A DNA stretch of 64,000 bases from Phoronis australis. Its lineage: Eukaryota; Animalia; Phoronida. Each line of letters starts with the position of its first letter. Positions within the stretch are counted from its first letter, which is position 1. The stretch spans positions 109,047 to 173,046 of the forward strand of contig NMRA01000459.1 of NCBI GenBank assembly GCA_002633005.1, read 5' to 3'. Below are positions 33,643 to 47,417 of the stretch, one piece after another. The position numbers and the translations under genes are program-made. Under the pieces are notes generated by a model. It ran no database searches. It was not told the origin of the DNA and saw only the letters and a program-made list of their open reading frames with translations.

Positions 33643-36363
33643 AATATTATACCGCTTACAGTTAGCGTTGTGTCACGTGTACACATTTCACGTGTACTTA
33701 ACGACAACCATTCCAAGGAATTAATGATGTTTTCAGGCTTGATCAATTACGAGAACCGACGGTCACAGTGTCGATCGTCGGTGGACGGTGGTTATTAAGC
33801 GATTGGGTCGTCATGCTGAAGAAAAATATATCCGCTTCACTTTTAGGTATATCTTCAAAGCTACACAAACATCTATCGGTGGTAGCTAAGCGAGTATCTC
33901 TTATATTTATGATTAAGAACAAGTATTTCCAAAGACAAGTGGTGCGGTTTTGAAAGTCACGGTCAGACAAAAATTGCACCACTTCATCTCGTTTTCAATG
34001 GTTTAGTATGACGTCATTATGACGTTTTAGTCCCAGCTGAGATTAACACAGGTATTTCGTAGTCCTAGTACCCCAATGCCAAAATGAAAAACTACTAAGC
34101 ACTTTTAATTTGTTTACCGTGCTTTGGACCTGGTACCGTAGAGTCCGTCATATTTGGACAAGGTCATCTATTTGAAAAAATGTGCTACAAAAATACCCCG
34201 TCACCACATCAGTTCAAGATGAAACAAAGTCAGTTACGCTGCTGTTATAGCTTTACCTGGTCCCATAGTCACACTGCAACACCACTGACAGATGGCGCTG
34301 ATTTGAGACTGCATAGGCTCGCGAGAGCCGGCGTGGTTCCTTGGCTTCAGGATACCCTAGCTGTTTCATTTTTTGTAAATGGATAGGTATTCTAACAAAA
34401 ATCTAAATGCCACATTTACAGGTTGTGCTCTCAATGACCCCTAATTTCGCCGCTGGAGCACTAGACCACATTTGGTCACATCAGCCGTTTCCAATATTGT
34501 CTTTGTTTTCCGTAACGAAAATAAGTAACGTACAAAATAGATTGAAAGTTTTTTTCTTTTTTGGTGGCTGGAATAACAAATGTATACTGTAAATAATTCT
34601 TTGGCATTTACTCAAATTTGACGGCTTTGTGCTAGGCAGGGAGATAACCCACGGCAGACCACTTTTACTCGCTAATTTAAGTGGCCATTTTTGTGACCTT
34701 CTTACTGCCATATTGCATCTTGTAGCTTTATGGAACTTTTTGAACATACAACAGCTAAAGAGTCAAACTTGGTGACTAATCAAAAAATATCTTACCTCAA
34801 CTTTACATTCAGTGAAAATTGTCTTGCGAAACTGTCGATTTTGGAAATGATGGGCATAGTTTACAGACAAATTTAACGAAAATTTGAGAAAGAAATCTGC
34901 TTTAGTTGTTACAAAAGTCAAGTGTAAGGTCTTTCAAATGAAAACAAGTTGTTTTAGGGATGTATTACGTCATCAGCATCAGAACTGAACCCGATGACTT
35001 TTGTACAGTGAGTCAGTTGACATTAGGTTTGAGGATGTATATGTATAAAAAACTTGTACATGTAACCCTCTTGTTTTATTCCATTATTATTTATTTGACA
35101 GTTATTGTTCAATTAAATGGAAATAAAGCCATTTGAAGTTTGAATTTGTAAGAATTGATATGTAAAGACTGATTTTGATGTTATCATGTTCTCAAAAGGA
35201 AGAACAAAGTCCATTTCTGAGGGTTTAGAGAGTTTTGATCAAACGAGTGCGACCCCAAAAGCTTTGTGGTTTTAGTCAGACACGCTAAAGACTTGAGATG
35301 ATGTGAAGTACCGCATAAATCAAGACCAGTGCTAGTGTACGAGCTGTCGTACTCGCCAGGATAGCCGGGTAAATTTGTGACTGGGCAGGACCAGTCGTGG
35401 AGTCAAATCATATACAATGTTCACCGAATAGAATCTGGTCCCGGTTTCCAACCAAGCACAAAGTGTCTGTACCCTGAACACCTTCCAGGAGAAAATCAGA
35501 ATGGGGTATTGACTTCAATATTTGATGGTGGACATTGGCTCAGTTTGGACAGGCTGACTGAGAATCTGTGTTTACTTTATGGCAGTCATGAATTGATTCA
35601 TTAATAAAATTGTCTTTCATGAAGTGTTTTCTCTTGACCACTTGGATGCAAGCCTTTTCATACCGTTAATGACCGCACTGTCAGAAATATTCAACGGCGA
35701 CCTGTGCGGAAATTAAAATTTGTAGGAACCTGCGGGGACATTACAATATGAACGCAAAATTACAATGAGTTTTGACCGAGTTGAAGACTTTTTGCACTGA
35801 ACAGAGGGCCACAGCCCTCTTAGGTGCCTCCCTTGCTCTCTCAACGTAAGTAAAAAAAAAACACGACTAAGATAGGTTCGGCTGGTAGTCGCGTCCACAG
35901 TCTCCACGTACACAAACAGCGACGCCGTCTCGTTTATACGAAACACGTTTGCCAACATTTGCCAATTACAATTTATGTACATAATTTTTTGTAATAATCA
36001 ATAATCTTCAGTGTCGTTTTGAGAGAATTTTACTTAGTACTGTTGTCTGCTTTTTCTCGAAAATACAATTTTTTTACGTCGTTTTTGCAAGCTTATTACA
36101 CATTTCAAGAGGCCCCCTATTGGTGGTTGAGGCAACTGAGAACAGCCAAATAGGACGAAGTGCAGTTCGTGTAATGTTTCGTAAGCAAGAACTACGGGAG
36201 AGTCAAGATTTTTTGTTTTTGATTATGAAGAGTTTAGAAATTATTATAAGGTCAGCTTTTGAAAAGGTGCAATATGGCTGCTACAGAGGCCAAAGTTGGC
36301 CGAAAATGGCTTCAGCGAAAACCTTCAAAATAGTCGTTTTTGCCGCACAAAATCAAAACATAA

Positions 36364-36591
36364 AAATTTGAATATGAATTTTGAAAGTTATGCCATTAAA
36401 TTTTTCAATCATAGCTCTTCAAAATCATATCATATCAAAGCATACAAATTTGAATATGAATTTTGAAAGTTATGCCATTAAATTTTTCAATCATAGTCCT
36501 TCAAAATCATATCAAAACATACAAATTTGAATATGGATTTTGAAAGTTATGCCATTAAATTATTCAATCATAGTCCTTCAAAATCATATCA
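36364..36591. repeat. About 80-bp tandem repeat, 3 copies
   Basis: aatttgaatatgaattttgaaagttatgccattaaatttttcaatcatag..ttcaaaatcatatc, three times. Confidence 0.9.
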
Positions 36592-37269
36592 CTTATTTAT
36601 TATTCAGCTAGCTATAAATGGATTCCAACATGTCTACTTCGGCGCCCAATTGTGTTGCAAAATGGAGGTACATTGTACATGTTATAAAAAGAGAAATAAT
36701 AGATGGAAATTCTTAAAGAGCGAATTTTTTCTGCAACTCACCAAAGCAAACTCATGCGCTAAGTCTAAAAAATCTGTGATTTTGGGTATAGACTGTACAT
36801 GTACCTGTTGGTTTTTATACGGAGTGAATCTTAATTTGTGTAGGCGGTTTTGTAGGGAATTAATCTACTTAATTCAGGATATCCATATTTATGACGCATG
36901 AGGCGAGAAATACCCTTTCAATAAATTAACCAGTCACTAATAATAAAAATAATGATTTTGTTATTTGCGACCGGCCTGGTGTTTCAACATGATCTTTAAC
37001 GCGGGGCCCTCCGGTTACTTCGAAGCTGTAACAAGCCGCTTATGTCGCGAAGTGGGTGCTGCTCTGTTTTTTTGTTTATTTATTGAAATACTTTTACATC
37101 TACATGTATGTCAAATGTAAGAATAGTAAATAGTAATTACTGTCTCATTTTTGTGTTCTTTATTTGTTTTATGGTGTACTCCTTATGTGCGGTGGTCCTC
37201 GACGAAGCGGCTTTTCGAGAATCTCCTGCTGAAGACGCCGAATTTTTCGATCTTACTAAAAATAACACA

Positions 37270-38080
37270 CTAACATTCGGTCCACTAGAGAAGACGAATG
37301 TGATTGTAAGCTCCAACATGGAAATGGTGAAATATCTACAAGTATTTGTAGAAAACCTCCATTCACAGGTTTATACATTCGCTGCAACAATTTCGTCCCC
37401 AAACAGTACAAAAGAAACCTAGTGAGGACCGTAAAGGCCCAGGGCTCATCAAACATGTATTTTTTCTACTCAACACAGCTAAATTAGAGTTTGTTAAGAC
37501 CACATTAGTAGCCAATGGTTACCATGGAAATTTTGTAGATGCTTTCCATCGCAAGTTCAGCGATAACTTGACACTTAAAATAACAATAATACCACCATTC
37601 TCGGAACAGACAAAAAGAAAGTTTATCTCTCCCTTCCTTTTATGGGTGGTGAAAGTTCAAAGGTTAAACGTACTATCGCGAGAGTAGCGTTATTGGGCAA
37701 AGTAACACCTGCTGCGGAACCTGTCGTTATTTTTACTACCAATAGCCTTAGCCTCAATAGATCCAAACAATTTCCGACTTTTTTGTATTGTTTGAGCTGT
37801 ATTGACTGCAACGCATCTTATATTGGCATAACTTGTCGGATTTTTTGAAATTTAGACTAATGCACATTCTAATGATAAAAACAGTTATGTTAATAGTCAT
37901 GTGATACATGTACGGTCCCGAGACATATTTTGACAGCGTTAGAACTTTATATCACAATGCTTGTAAATTCCGCCTGTTTTTAAAAGAAAGTTTCAAAACT
38001 TTACAACACACAAGCCCCAACTCAATAGAATGTTGTCATCCTACGACATATCCAGCTGTTCACATAGTATCTGTTAATTT
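37270..38080 (+). mobile_element. Decayed Penelope-like retroelement (RT C-terminus, linker and GIY-YIG endonuclease)
   Basis: RKPPFTGLYIRCNNFVPKQYKRNLV, LVANGY, KKVYLSLPFMG, LYCLSCIDCNASYIGIT.R, RLFLKES; frameshifted. Confidence 0.82.
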
Positions 38081-40384
38081 CCCGCCACACGTTTTGCATA
38101 TCTTGTGTATTTTAATTGTATTTCACTAATAGTTATATAAGTTAATAAACGTACTATTTCTCTTTCTCTNTTTGTCCATAATTCAAAACCTGTTTCAAAT
38201 TAAAGTGTACGATTTATTTGTTACACATCTGAACATTAGGATCGCCAGTTGTTTCAAAGTTTGAAATTGATCTGCATTGGTATTCAATTTTAAGCTCAAT
38301 TAAAAACGAGCACGGTTATCCGTCCATTTGAAATGATAACACACGATGAGATTGTTCTGCAAATAAACGCTGCTGTAAATTCCTAATTCACCAAAATGTT
38401 ATCCTGTTCACAAGATCCCAGAGTTCTCCCCATGTGTTCGTTGGTAACGCTTATTATCCCACAACATAGAATTCAGTGACTTATGGATTTTGTAAATCAA
38501 TTAGCGACTTAATTGATGCATAATTCCCAGAGCAAATAACAATATGCCGAAGGGTTATGAAACAGGCAATAGCTGGCAAAATGCGCCATTAAAACCGACG
38601 GCTGACGTGGAGTTTCAGATAATGATTTCGAAAGAACATTATTAAGACTGGCTGTGAAGTCCAAGCAGCAGTGTGAGCGCAGAGAGCTTACTGAGATGTA
38701 GGCCAAACAATGTTTACCCTGCTTATGCGTCTACACTCAGGTCACGTGGGTAATTGCATTTTGAAGTAAAAGTGAGGCAACGGGGAAGCCTCGAGTTAGA
38801 AAACTCTTCACACAGCGAAATCGACAAGCTTGATAAACGCGCAAGGTAATATAGGACCATAGAAAAATGTCCAAATATGGATAACTTTGAAACACCATAT
38901 CTCAGAAATGGTTGATTGGATTCATGTCAACCATTCAGATTATATTCTTTATGCACATTAATATGTTTTGCTTCTGGAAAAGAGATTATCATAAATAGAA
39001 CTTTTAAAATTTCCATGAAAAAAACAAGTTTTGCATGTAACGAAAACAAAACGACAATTTATGAAACTGTAACATCGTTTTTGAGATTTTAACGTGAAAT
39101 TGGACTTGTTATTGTTACCGTTGTTTTGCTATGATTGTGCCTTTCCTTTTATTAAGAATAATTCATCACGTGATCCAATTAATGACTGAATGGAATGACT
39201 AAGGAACGAGACAAATTTTGCAGACTTTCTATCTTCAGAAACTATAAACTTTTATCGAGTGACTAAATGCACACTAGACATGTCGACTAATTAAAGTTTT
39301 ACATGGGCACCATTTCACTCTTTGGTCATCCAGTAAATGCGTGCAAATTATGAAATACAGGTAGGCCACTCGATCCACGCTCATTCGATACAAATTTATT
39401 CTTCAGCTTCAGTATCACCCAAGTGTACAAGTATACTGTATGCGTTAAAACTATGAACCATGACTTCTAGAACTCACTGTAATCCAGTTTTTCAGACGTT
39501 GCGGAACCGCAGGGCTCCATCTGGCTACTGGCGGGAGATTGACGACTGCCTGGCCCCCACCGACGCAGAAAATTTCGCCCCCCTCCCCTGCCTGTGTTCA
39601 TACACAGCAGCTGCAACTGAAAGCCCTGTACCATTTGTCAGAGAACCCAAACCTTGTCTATTAAAAGAAGGGTCTTGGCTCTCACAGTGATCCCGCTCTC
39701 TGGTACCTTTAGTTACTCAAACCACGAACTCTCTCTGTGCTTTACCCTCATGTCTCTAACGAGTGTCCCTTGTAACTGAGGAGATCAAGGACCTGGGTAC
39801 GATCCGTACCCAGGCGACTTTGCCCGAATACATCTGCTCGTAGCTATAAAATGTGAAGTGTGCAGACAAGTACACGCCTACCATATACATGTACATGTAT
39901 ATACGTGTGTTTATCAGTATGCCTACCGGCACGATGAAAAGGAAATGCTTGGTTACCATGAATGCGTACGCGTAACAAACAAGTCCAGCAAGGAAATGAC
40001 ACTCAGTTGTTCATGATCAAGTCTACACCTAGTTTTGTCATGACAATCTTCTTTTTAGTCCCACTATTGTTTCAAACCCAACCACTCCGCTGAACTCGCA
40101 GCTACTGAATTCATCTACCCTCTTTACAAAATTTGCACAAAGGTTTGACCCAATTTCAATATTTATGGATCACAATATCCTAAAATCAAAGCATTAGGTG
40201 CATGTTTTCTCATAACGAATTTTGTTGGTTACAAAGCTACCTTGAAAATTGAAAACCGTTTGTCTGTCTTGATACTGTCACTTCGTCCTATCATGACATT
40301 TGTACAGGTGTACCACAGGGATCTCTTTCAGGACCTCTCCTACACCTGTATGTATAATCTGTGTAAATGACGTCACTTTCTCCA

Positions 40385-40745
40385 GCAAGGCACAGTTTAT
40401 TATCTAAGCAGACGACACATGCATGCTAATTCGTTTCCATATGAACAAGAATCATGACCTCAGCGATCAAACCGTCAGAATAAATAATACTCTACAAGAT
40501 GTTTTTGCTTGGCTAAAAACCAATAAATTGTCGCTTAACACAAGTAAAACTAAACTTATGCTATTTCGATTTCCACAGTAAAAAATCAGCGAAGCTGACA
40601 TTACTCTAATCAAAATCAACAATCAGAAAAATTATTAATAGGGTTTAATTAAAAATTTCAATTGATAGGTATTATTGTAGGCAATCGTCTTTGCAACAAG
40701 CATGCTCAGTAAATTTCTAACTACATTTCCAAAACGGTGAGCATT
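40385..40745 (+). mobile_element. CR1/L2-group LINE RT fragment (5' half of an interrupted copy)
   Basis: QFII*ADDTCML (YADD with a stop), INNTLQDVFAWLKTNKLSLNTSKTKLMLF. Confidence 0.85.
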
Positions 40746-41167
40746 GACACGCCGTAAAATGTAACAATTTCGTAAAATGTAACAACTGTTACATTTTACA
40801 TCATTGTTACATTTTACGTTGCTAGACACCTCCTGAAATGCAACAAGTTGTTATGTTTTATCCAATTGTTACAATTTACATGTATGTCTACTGCACCTGC
40901 GAGAAATGTATCATTGTTACATTTTACGAAAGCGACGTCATATTTCATAAGTTTTCATGGTATTTGTCACACTGAGGAAAACGGTTCAAACACGCTTCTT
41001 TCTCGGATTGTTTGAATGAAATTATGTCAAATGTGCCAGCTCGAATTTATAGATGTGTCCCCATGGACTTTACATTGTTTTTAACATGAATAGTTTCTTG
41101 GTATAGTAAAATGTTCCCCGTATAGTTTCAACTCCAAACAAAGGAGTTTCCGGGATCGGGTATCAAG

Positions 41168-42180
41168 TTTTTATGCGCCCCCATATTTATATGTAGGTGC
41201 ATTTTGCCGTAATCTCTGCCTGGGCGTCCGGGCGTCTGAGCAGGTGTGTTCCTATGGGCTTAACGACAGAGGACAACGAGTTTCGGAACAACCCGAATGC
41301 TGCTGTGCCCCCTAGTGGCAATATACTTTTTTTACGTTTGCCTCTGTATCTTTAAAAGTGCTCAATCGATTTTCATGAAATTTAATATGACACTATCCTC
41401 CCGTTTCGGATGGATTCGAGGCATTTTGCAACATCTAGTGGCCATTTTTTTACTATTTTCGAGTCTGTTTTTTATCGTCCTCCCCTATATCATCCAAACC
41501 ACTCACTCTAAGGATGATTGTGAAAATTGGAATGTAAGTTCTTACTATAAAGAGGACGGTTGATGGTGATTTTCCGACGACTTAGTGGCAGTTTTGTTTG
41601 CGCCCATAGCTGTATCTCCTATGCCCCTTTACTGAATTTAAACGTGTATTTATATGAAGTTCACAACGGAAGACGAATGCTTTCAGACAGATCCGACGAA
41701 CGCTGTGCCCCCTAGCGGCAATTTTATTTTTTCCGTTTTCCTCTGTTTCTCTGAAGTTCCTTGACTGATTTTTATGAAATTTGGTAAATAGCTTTCTGTT
41801 AAAGAAGCGATGACAGATTTGACGTATTTTGCGCCATCTAGTGTCCATGTTTACTGTTTTCTAGACAAAAGTCTGTTTTTGGCTTCCGCCCTCAGTCAAT
41901 CAAACCACTCTTAGGATGCTTGTGAAAATTGGAATATACATGTATGACCTTAGTGTGAAGAGGACGGTTGACGATGATGAAATTTCTCTGACGGATTTTC
42001 ATAAAATGTGGTAAATCGCTTTCTGTTAAAGAAACGGTGAAATTTTCCCGTTTATAAATGGATTCGAAGTATTTTGCACCATCTAGTGGCGATTTTTATG
42101 ATACAAAAACATTCTAGAAGCACACCGTTTGCGGTGTATTCGTGGGAGCATTTCAAATCTCTGCGTTGCTCTTGTTTATT
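41168..42180 (+). mobile_element. Second HINE copy (same family as 32350-33642)
   Basis: tttttatgcgcccccatatttatatgtaggtgcat ... gcacaccgtttgcggtgtattcgtgggagcatttcaa...ttgctcttgttt. Confidence 0.75.
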
Positions 42181-42181
42181 G

Positions 42182-43096
42182 TTAAAGCGTTCTTGCAATC
42201 TTTTGTTGGCGCTCACAGGTCATAAACCAAGTTTGTGTCTGGCATTACTTTAAACACACTTCCCTTGGTAAGCACAACAGAAACAATGACATCGACTTTT
42301 GGCTAATTTTTATCGTATCTCTTCTGGAACAAACAACCATAAAAAAGATTTTTAAGAAGAATTCTATTTCAGAAGCCAATTTGACAGAAAAAGCACCCGT
42401 TTTAGTCCACGATAGTTTGATTTATTTCAGCCAGTGTTTTATTGCCTTGAAGTCGTCGCTAATGCAGTAATTGACCTGCCCTACATACACAAAAGGAGCG
42501 AGACAGATTACCACGGTAAATGCGAATTTCTTTAAGACATTGTAGAGGAAGGAAATAAAATCACACATTTATTTGCGGGCAGGTTGAAAGATATTTTTCC
42601 AGTGCAACAGCAAAAGATCGCCTTTGAGAAGGGTGAACCATTAATTTAAAAAAGTGACGACATATTTCCATCTTTTAAACAGCTTAAAAACTCAAACAGA
42701 TATCATTGTTCCTATGACGTCAAACCTGTCTGAAATAGTGGCGGTAACAACAAAACAGTCCATGACGTGTATACATTGAAATGGGAGGCCTAGCTGAGGA
42801 AACGGAAAATATTTTGGCATTCTGAAAGGACATAATCATTTTGCTCAAACCGGCTCTAGGCCGATAGTTTAAAGAGGCAAAAGTCAGGAAAAAGCTGCCC
42901 GTCGGCCTTTCGGACTACAAAAACATGCACTTTCTCTTTCATTATCTTTTAAGATAAAATATTAAATTGTTACTTTGTCAATGCTTGCTAGTGCGATGCA
43001 CATATAATGGGGCTATTCGGAAAATCTGCAATAACTAGAGGGCGTGAGTGTACTAGTGGTGATAGATTAACAGCCTCGATTTCGCGAGCCCTTTAA
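42182..43096. mobile_element. Kolobok-like non-autonomous element (TTAA-AG...CT-TTAA)
   Basis: ttaaagcgttcttgcaat ... atttcgcgagccctttaa, an imperfect TIR with TTAA on both sides. Confidence 0.55.
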
Positions 43097-45879
43097 ATAC
43101 ATGGTGAAATGGCTTGCAGCCGTGCCAACTGAATCTGAGATTCCGTAAAAAGGGTGCTTCTATGAGAGGAAGTAAGCACGACCTCATACAAAGGTAAGGT
43201 TTGTGATTATTTTAACGATTATTCCATGATTATTCCACCGTTGCCTGTTAACTGAGGCACTCGCCGATGTCGACTTCGTGGCAGTCAGTCGCCAGCCAGA
43301 GTCTGGTTAATCTTTGTATGTTGTGATATGTGATACGATACTTGACGTAGCAATCGGGATCTTTTCGTACATCAAAGCATTATTATTGTTTGGAATGATT
43401 TCTAAAAGTTTATCAGTGACAGTTACATCAAGCAATGCTGAATTTTATGCTGTCAACTCGATACAGGTTGAGTTAAGATTACAATCCAATCCCAATGGCA
43501 AAGGGTACGTGAGTGATAAATATCCATTGCATTAGACTATTTGTTTACTCCCTATCATATGTCTTCTGGAAATCTATTACACGTTGAAATGGAAATCTAT
43601 CACGTCAGTTTTCACTTAACCTTTGGTTTTTAGGTTTGAAGGCTTGTTCCGTGCAGAGGAGATATGCATCGCTTCTGCACCGTCCCTGAATGGACAAAAA
43701 TTGATTTTTAGCATTTGACTGCAGCTAAGCAACAAGATCTTCTATTAGAAGAAAAACGGTTCCCTCAACCTTAGGCTAGAAGTATGCTTGACAGACCCAT
43801 GAACCTGTAATCTGAGTTTAAAATTGCTGAAAGTAACAAAATTAAAAAGGCTTGAAAATGGGTAACATAGGTTTGAAGTTGTCTCAAAAAACTTGTATAT
43901 TTTGCAGACAAGTGATGCGTTTAAAGAATTGTTATGGCTAGGGATAAAAAATAAAGACACAGTTTTATGCAATACTCATTATATACACCCTTGGTTTCTG
44001 AAAATAGTAATTACTTACTTTTATGTGAAACTGTAGACCAATCACGATATATTTTTGAAAAACAGGGATAACATTTTCGATCCAATCTGGAGTACTTAAT
44101 TATTCATATTTCAATATTTGTTCCAGGTTCAGTGACATTTTAAGGCCACTTCAAGCTGTATCATAGACAAGCTTTGTTACTCCGTTCTCTTCCCACAGCA
44201 CTTCCACACACNTGTTGACCGCAATTGTCCACAAATATAGTAACCTTAGGTCTTTTGGGAATTTGTGGCCACCTGTCGAAGACTTGCACCAGGGAAATTA
44301 GCAGTAATAAGGCTTAGCGCGACGACGTATTTTGATAAAAATTCCACCTTTTACCATTTGTTTACATGCAGACAGCCACGCATGCGCAATTCAATCACCA
44401 CTAGTACAGCAGCGACACCGCGATGAGAATTCTCCGAATAGCCCCATTAAATACAGAAATTGGACATTCTACTATTAATGGCCGTGGAGCTACGTGTCTC
44501 GTGAGTCGCCATTTTTGGAGTTGCAGCTCGCTGTCAACAACAGGCGTGGTTGTAAGCATATAAAGGAATTTGGTACAGAATATTAATCCTTTTGCGACAT
44601 CGCATAAAAAGCGCATAAACATCGCTGACTTCGACGTTAGGCCATTTTTGGTCCATATAACCCACTTCCAATGAAGCCTAGTTCAAATCACTATATTCTT
44701 CTAAGAATATAGGGGCCCGTTCGACATAAAATTGTTGGGTGTTTCGTGTGACCCGGTGACCGCAGCCACAGCCGACTAGTCGCAAGATCTCGAAAAATGT
44801 CTGCCTCCAAACTCCAGAGTTCAACTTAACGCTATTTTTGATCTTACACATGACCATGGAACCAGCCCCAGTTCTTCGAAAAGGATTATTTTAAACACGA
44901 GGAAAAATGGTAACACAGTGGTTATCCTCATGAAAGTCGCAAGTAAAAGATTGCAGTCTGAATTCAGTTCTTCGTGGCAAACTACAGAAGGATATAGTTA
45001 CATTTACGAATAACACGTGCTTGCCGATAGTTCAGAAATGTTTGAAGTTGGTGCTCGTCTAAACAAGATTTTAAATCTCAGCCTCCTCGTTTCCAAAAAG
45101 TAGGCCTACTCTGCATCCACAACAGTCAAGACGTTTCTCACAATATCGTTAAAGCTGAACATAAGAACCCCTTTAATTTTTTTGAAATAGCACCGGCTGT
45201 CCATTATGGGAAGCCCGGTGAAAACATTGAACCATAAATGAGATGATTTAGAAATCTTTGAGTACCATGATGTATTAGCACATTGCTAAACACCTATACT
45301 GTATTGTGTACATGTATATTGGAGTGGGTCTTCGTTAAATGAATTCAATAGTAATAACAATGACGATAACGAGTAATAATAGTAATAGTAATGTAACACT
45401 AATAAAAACGATTACGTGTTATCCAAAATCATGCCCTGTCAGCCAGCATTCATATGGAAGATGTATGCGAAAAGTGCGGCCCAAAAGGGTGTTTTTTCTC
45501 AGCAAAAATATTCTCCAAAATGGTGCCACTTTCGAAAAAATACTATCCAAAACTGTGCCTTTTCTGAATTTCTGTAACATAACTGTGCGAAAGGGAATTT
45601 TTACGCAAAATTACTCTCTAAGTGGGTCCCTTTTTGTCCGAGCCCACTCTCTAAATGGTATCCAAAATTTTCGGGCGGCACCCCTTGTCCAAAAATACTC
45701 GAGCACCCCCCGGCCGTGTCAAATATCACTTGTTCGTGATTTTAGTCGTTTTCTCTGTAATATGACGTTGGTTTCGTAAAATGTAACAATGGTACATTTC
45801 TCGCATGTGCATTCGACGTAAAATGTAACATTTACGTAAAATTTAACAACTGCATTTTGTGTAACATTATGGAGATTCA

Positions 45880-46600
45880 ATATTTGTGCGAGATTGAAAC
45901 TTTTGCAGAAAAAAACTTTGATAATTGTTAACAACTCTTCGCTTCTTTTCACACACAGAACCAACTTGCAGGGAAATCAGAACACTTCTTCTTGGGGACA
46001 TATTTAACCAAACTTGCCTAAAATTCTTCTATCAATACAGACATGATCAATTGCCCATTTACTTTTATAATAACAAATTTTTCCAATTCCGTCAGTCACC
46101 AAGAGATCTTCCCAGAATAAGCAGTCAACAAACTACCGACCTACAAAGAAAAAGTTGTGAAAATTCAATAAACAACTGTTATCCTTCCGAAATATGGAAC
46201 AGACAAAATCGTCAGGCATAGTTTACATGGGTTCTTCATCTACTTAAAAAGTTACCTATTAAGCACCTACAGCTCTCAGTGCAACGTTTTATAATGTTAG
46301 ATGAAGTAACGGTGATCACCTGTCTTACAACTTAGACATATGCTTTTCTAACCGAGCGGTTTCACTTGTATCCACAGTCTCTGTGTACAAATTTTTGTTA
46401 ACTACATTAAACGTTTTTAAATAATCTTGCATTACATTTTACTTTTCCGTAAAGTACGTTTTCAGTTGTATGTTGTTCTTATTAATTGTTATTATCTGTT
46501 TAATTTATTGTTACTCGGTGGTCTGCTTGTATTGGTCCCTGCCTTTGCTGGCCACCCAGTCGTATAACAATGTATATTTGATATGGTTTAAAAATTAAAG
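45880..46600 (+). mobile_element. CR1/L2-group LINE 3' fragment (continuation of 40385-40745)
   Basis: RLKLLQKKTLIIV...SHTEPTCREIRTLLLGDIFNQTCLKFFYQYRHDQLPIYF, followed by an AT-rich 3' tail. Confidence 0.8.
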
Positions 46601-47020
46601 CTTATTTCTCCCTTTCTCTACCGTATCGTCGCATCTTTAGGCCCATGGACCTATATCCGAAATAGTACCTTTTTCGCGACTTTTTTATCAAGTAGTTCGT
46701 TTATTGGCCAGGCCCGTAGCCAGACCGAACCCCCCGCGGAAAAGGTCCAGCCCCAGCCTATCCGCTAGAGATAGGATATAGATGGACAACAACAACAACA
46801 TTGGTGCAGCTACTGGTACTACTAACTAAGATGAATTTGCTTCTGATTCAAGACGCTTCCCGTAATCATCGGGCCCTACCCGGCCCCGGGGCCCGACTTC
46901 GTCCGAGTGGTGTTTGCGCATGACAGGATCGTGCAGATGATTAGAGGAGGCTTTACATGTACGTCATTTATTGGCACTGAGCATGCGTGGTTATTACACC
47001 ATTATTGTCGAAATTATCGT

Positions 47021-47417
47021 TGGACAGATGGCTGAACGTTACACCTCTAAATTACGTGCGTAAGTTAATTCTTAGAAGCGTAAAGTAATTATTTATTTAC
47101 GACTTAAAGAAATTATTTACGGCGTAAAGAAATTATTCGCGGGGTAAAGTAATTATGGCGTAAAGTAATTGTTACATTACGGCGTAAAGTTAGTATTTGC
47201 GGCAATAAAAGTTACTTTACGCCATTCAGAGTTTTTTTACGCCGCAAGTAATTACTTTACGCCGCAAATAATTATTTTACGCTGCAAAAAATTACTTTAC
47301 GCCGTAAATAATTACTTTATGCCACAAATAATTCCATTATGCCGCAATTAATTACGCCTCTTACAAGAATTATCTTACGCACGTAATTTAACGGCGAAAC
47401 GTTCACCCATTTGGCCA
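47021..47417. mobile_element. Palindromic (fold-back) MITE with tttacgccg sub-repeats
   Basis: tggacagatggctgaacgttac...aattacgtgcgtaag ... cttacgcacgtaattta...gttcacccatttggcca; homologous to 3526-3728. Confidence 0.78.

Larger units (their letters stand above)
40746..45870. mobile_element. About 5.1-kb TIR-bounded composite insertion with aaatgtaac sub-repeats, splitting the LINE
   Basis: 40867-40945 is the inverted repeat of 45760-45830; LINE reading resumes near 45880. Confidence 0.7.

Noticed and set aside
37190-37260. Hammerhead ribozyme upstream of the Penelope remnant (ctgaagacg...)
   Set aside because: No GAAA core or closing helices could be built.
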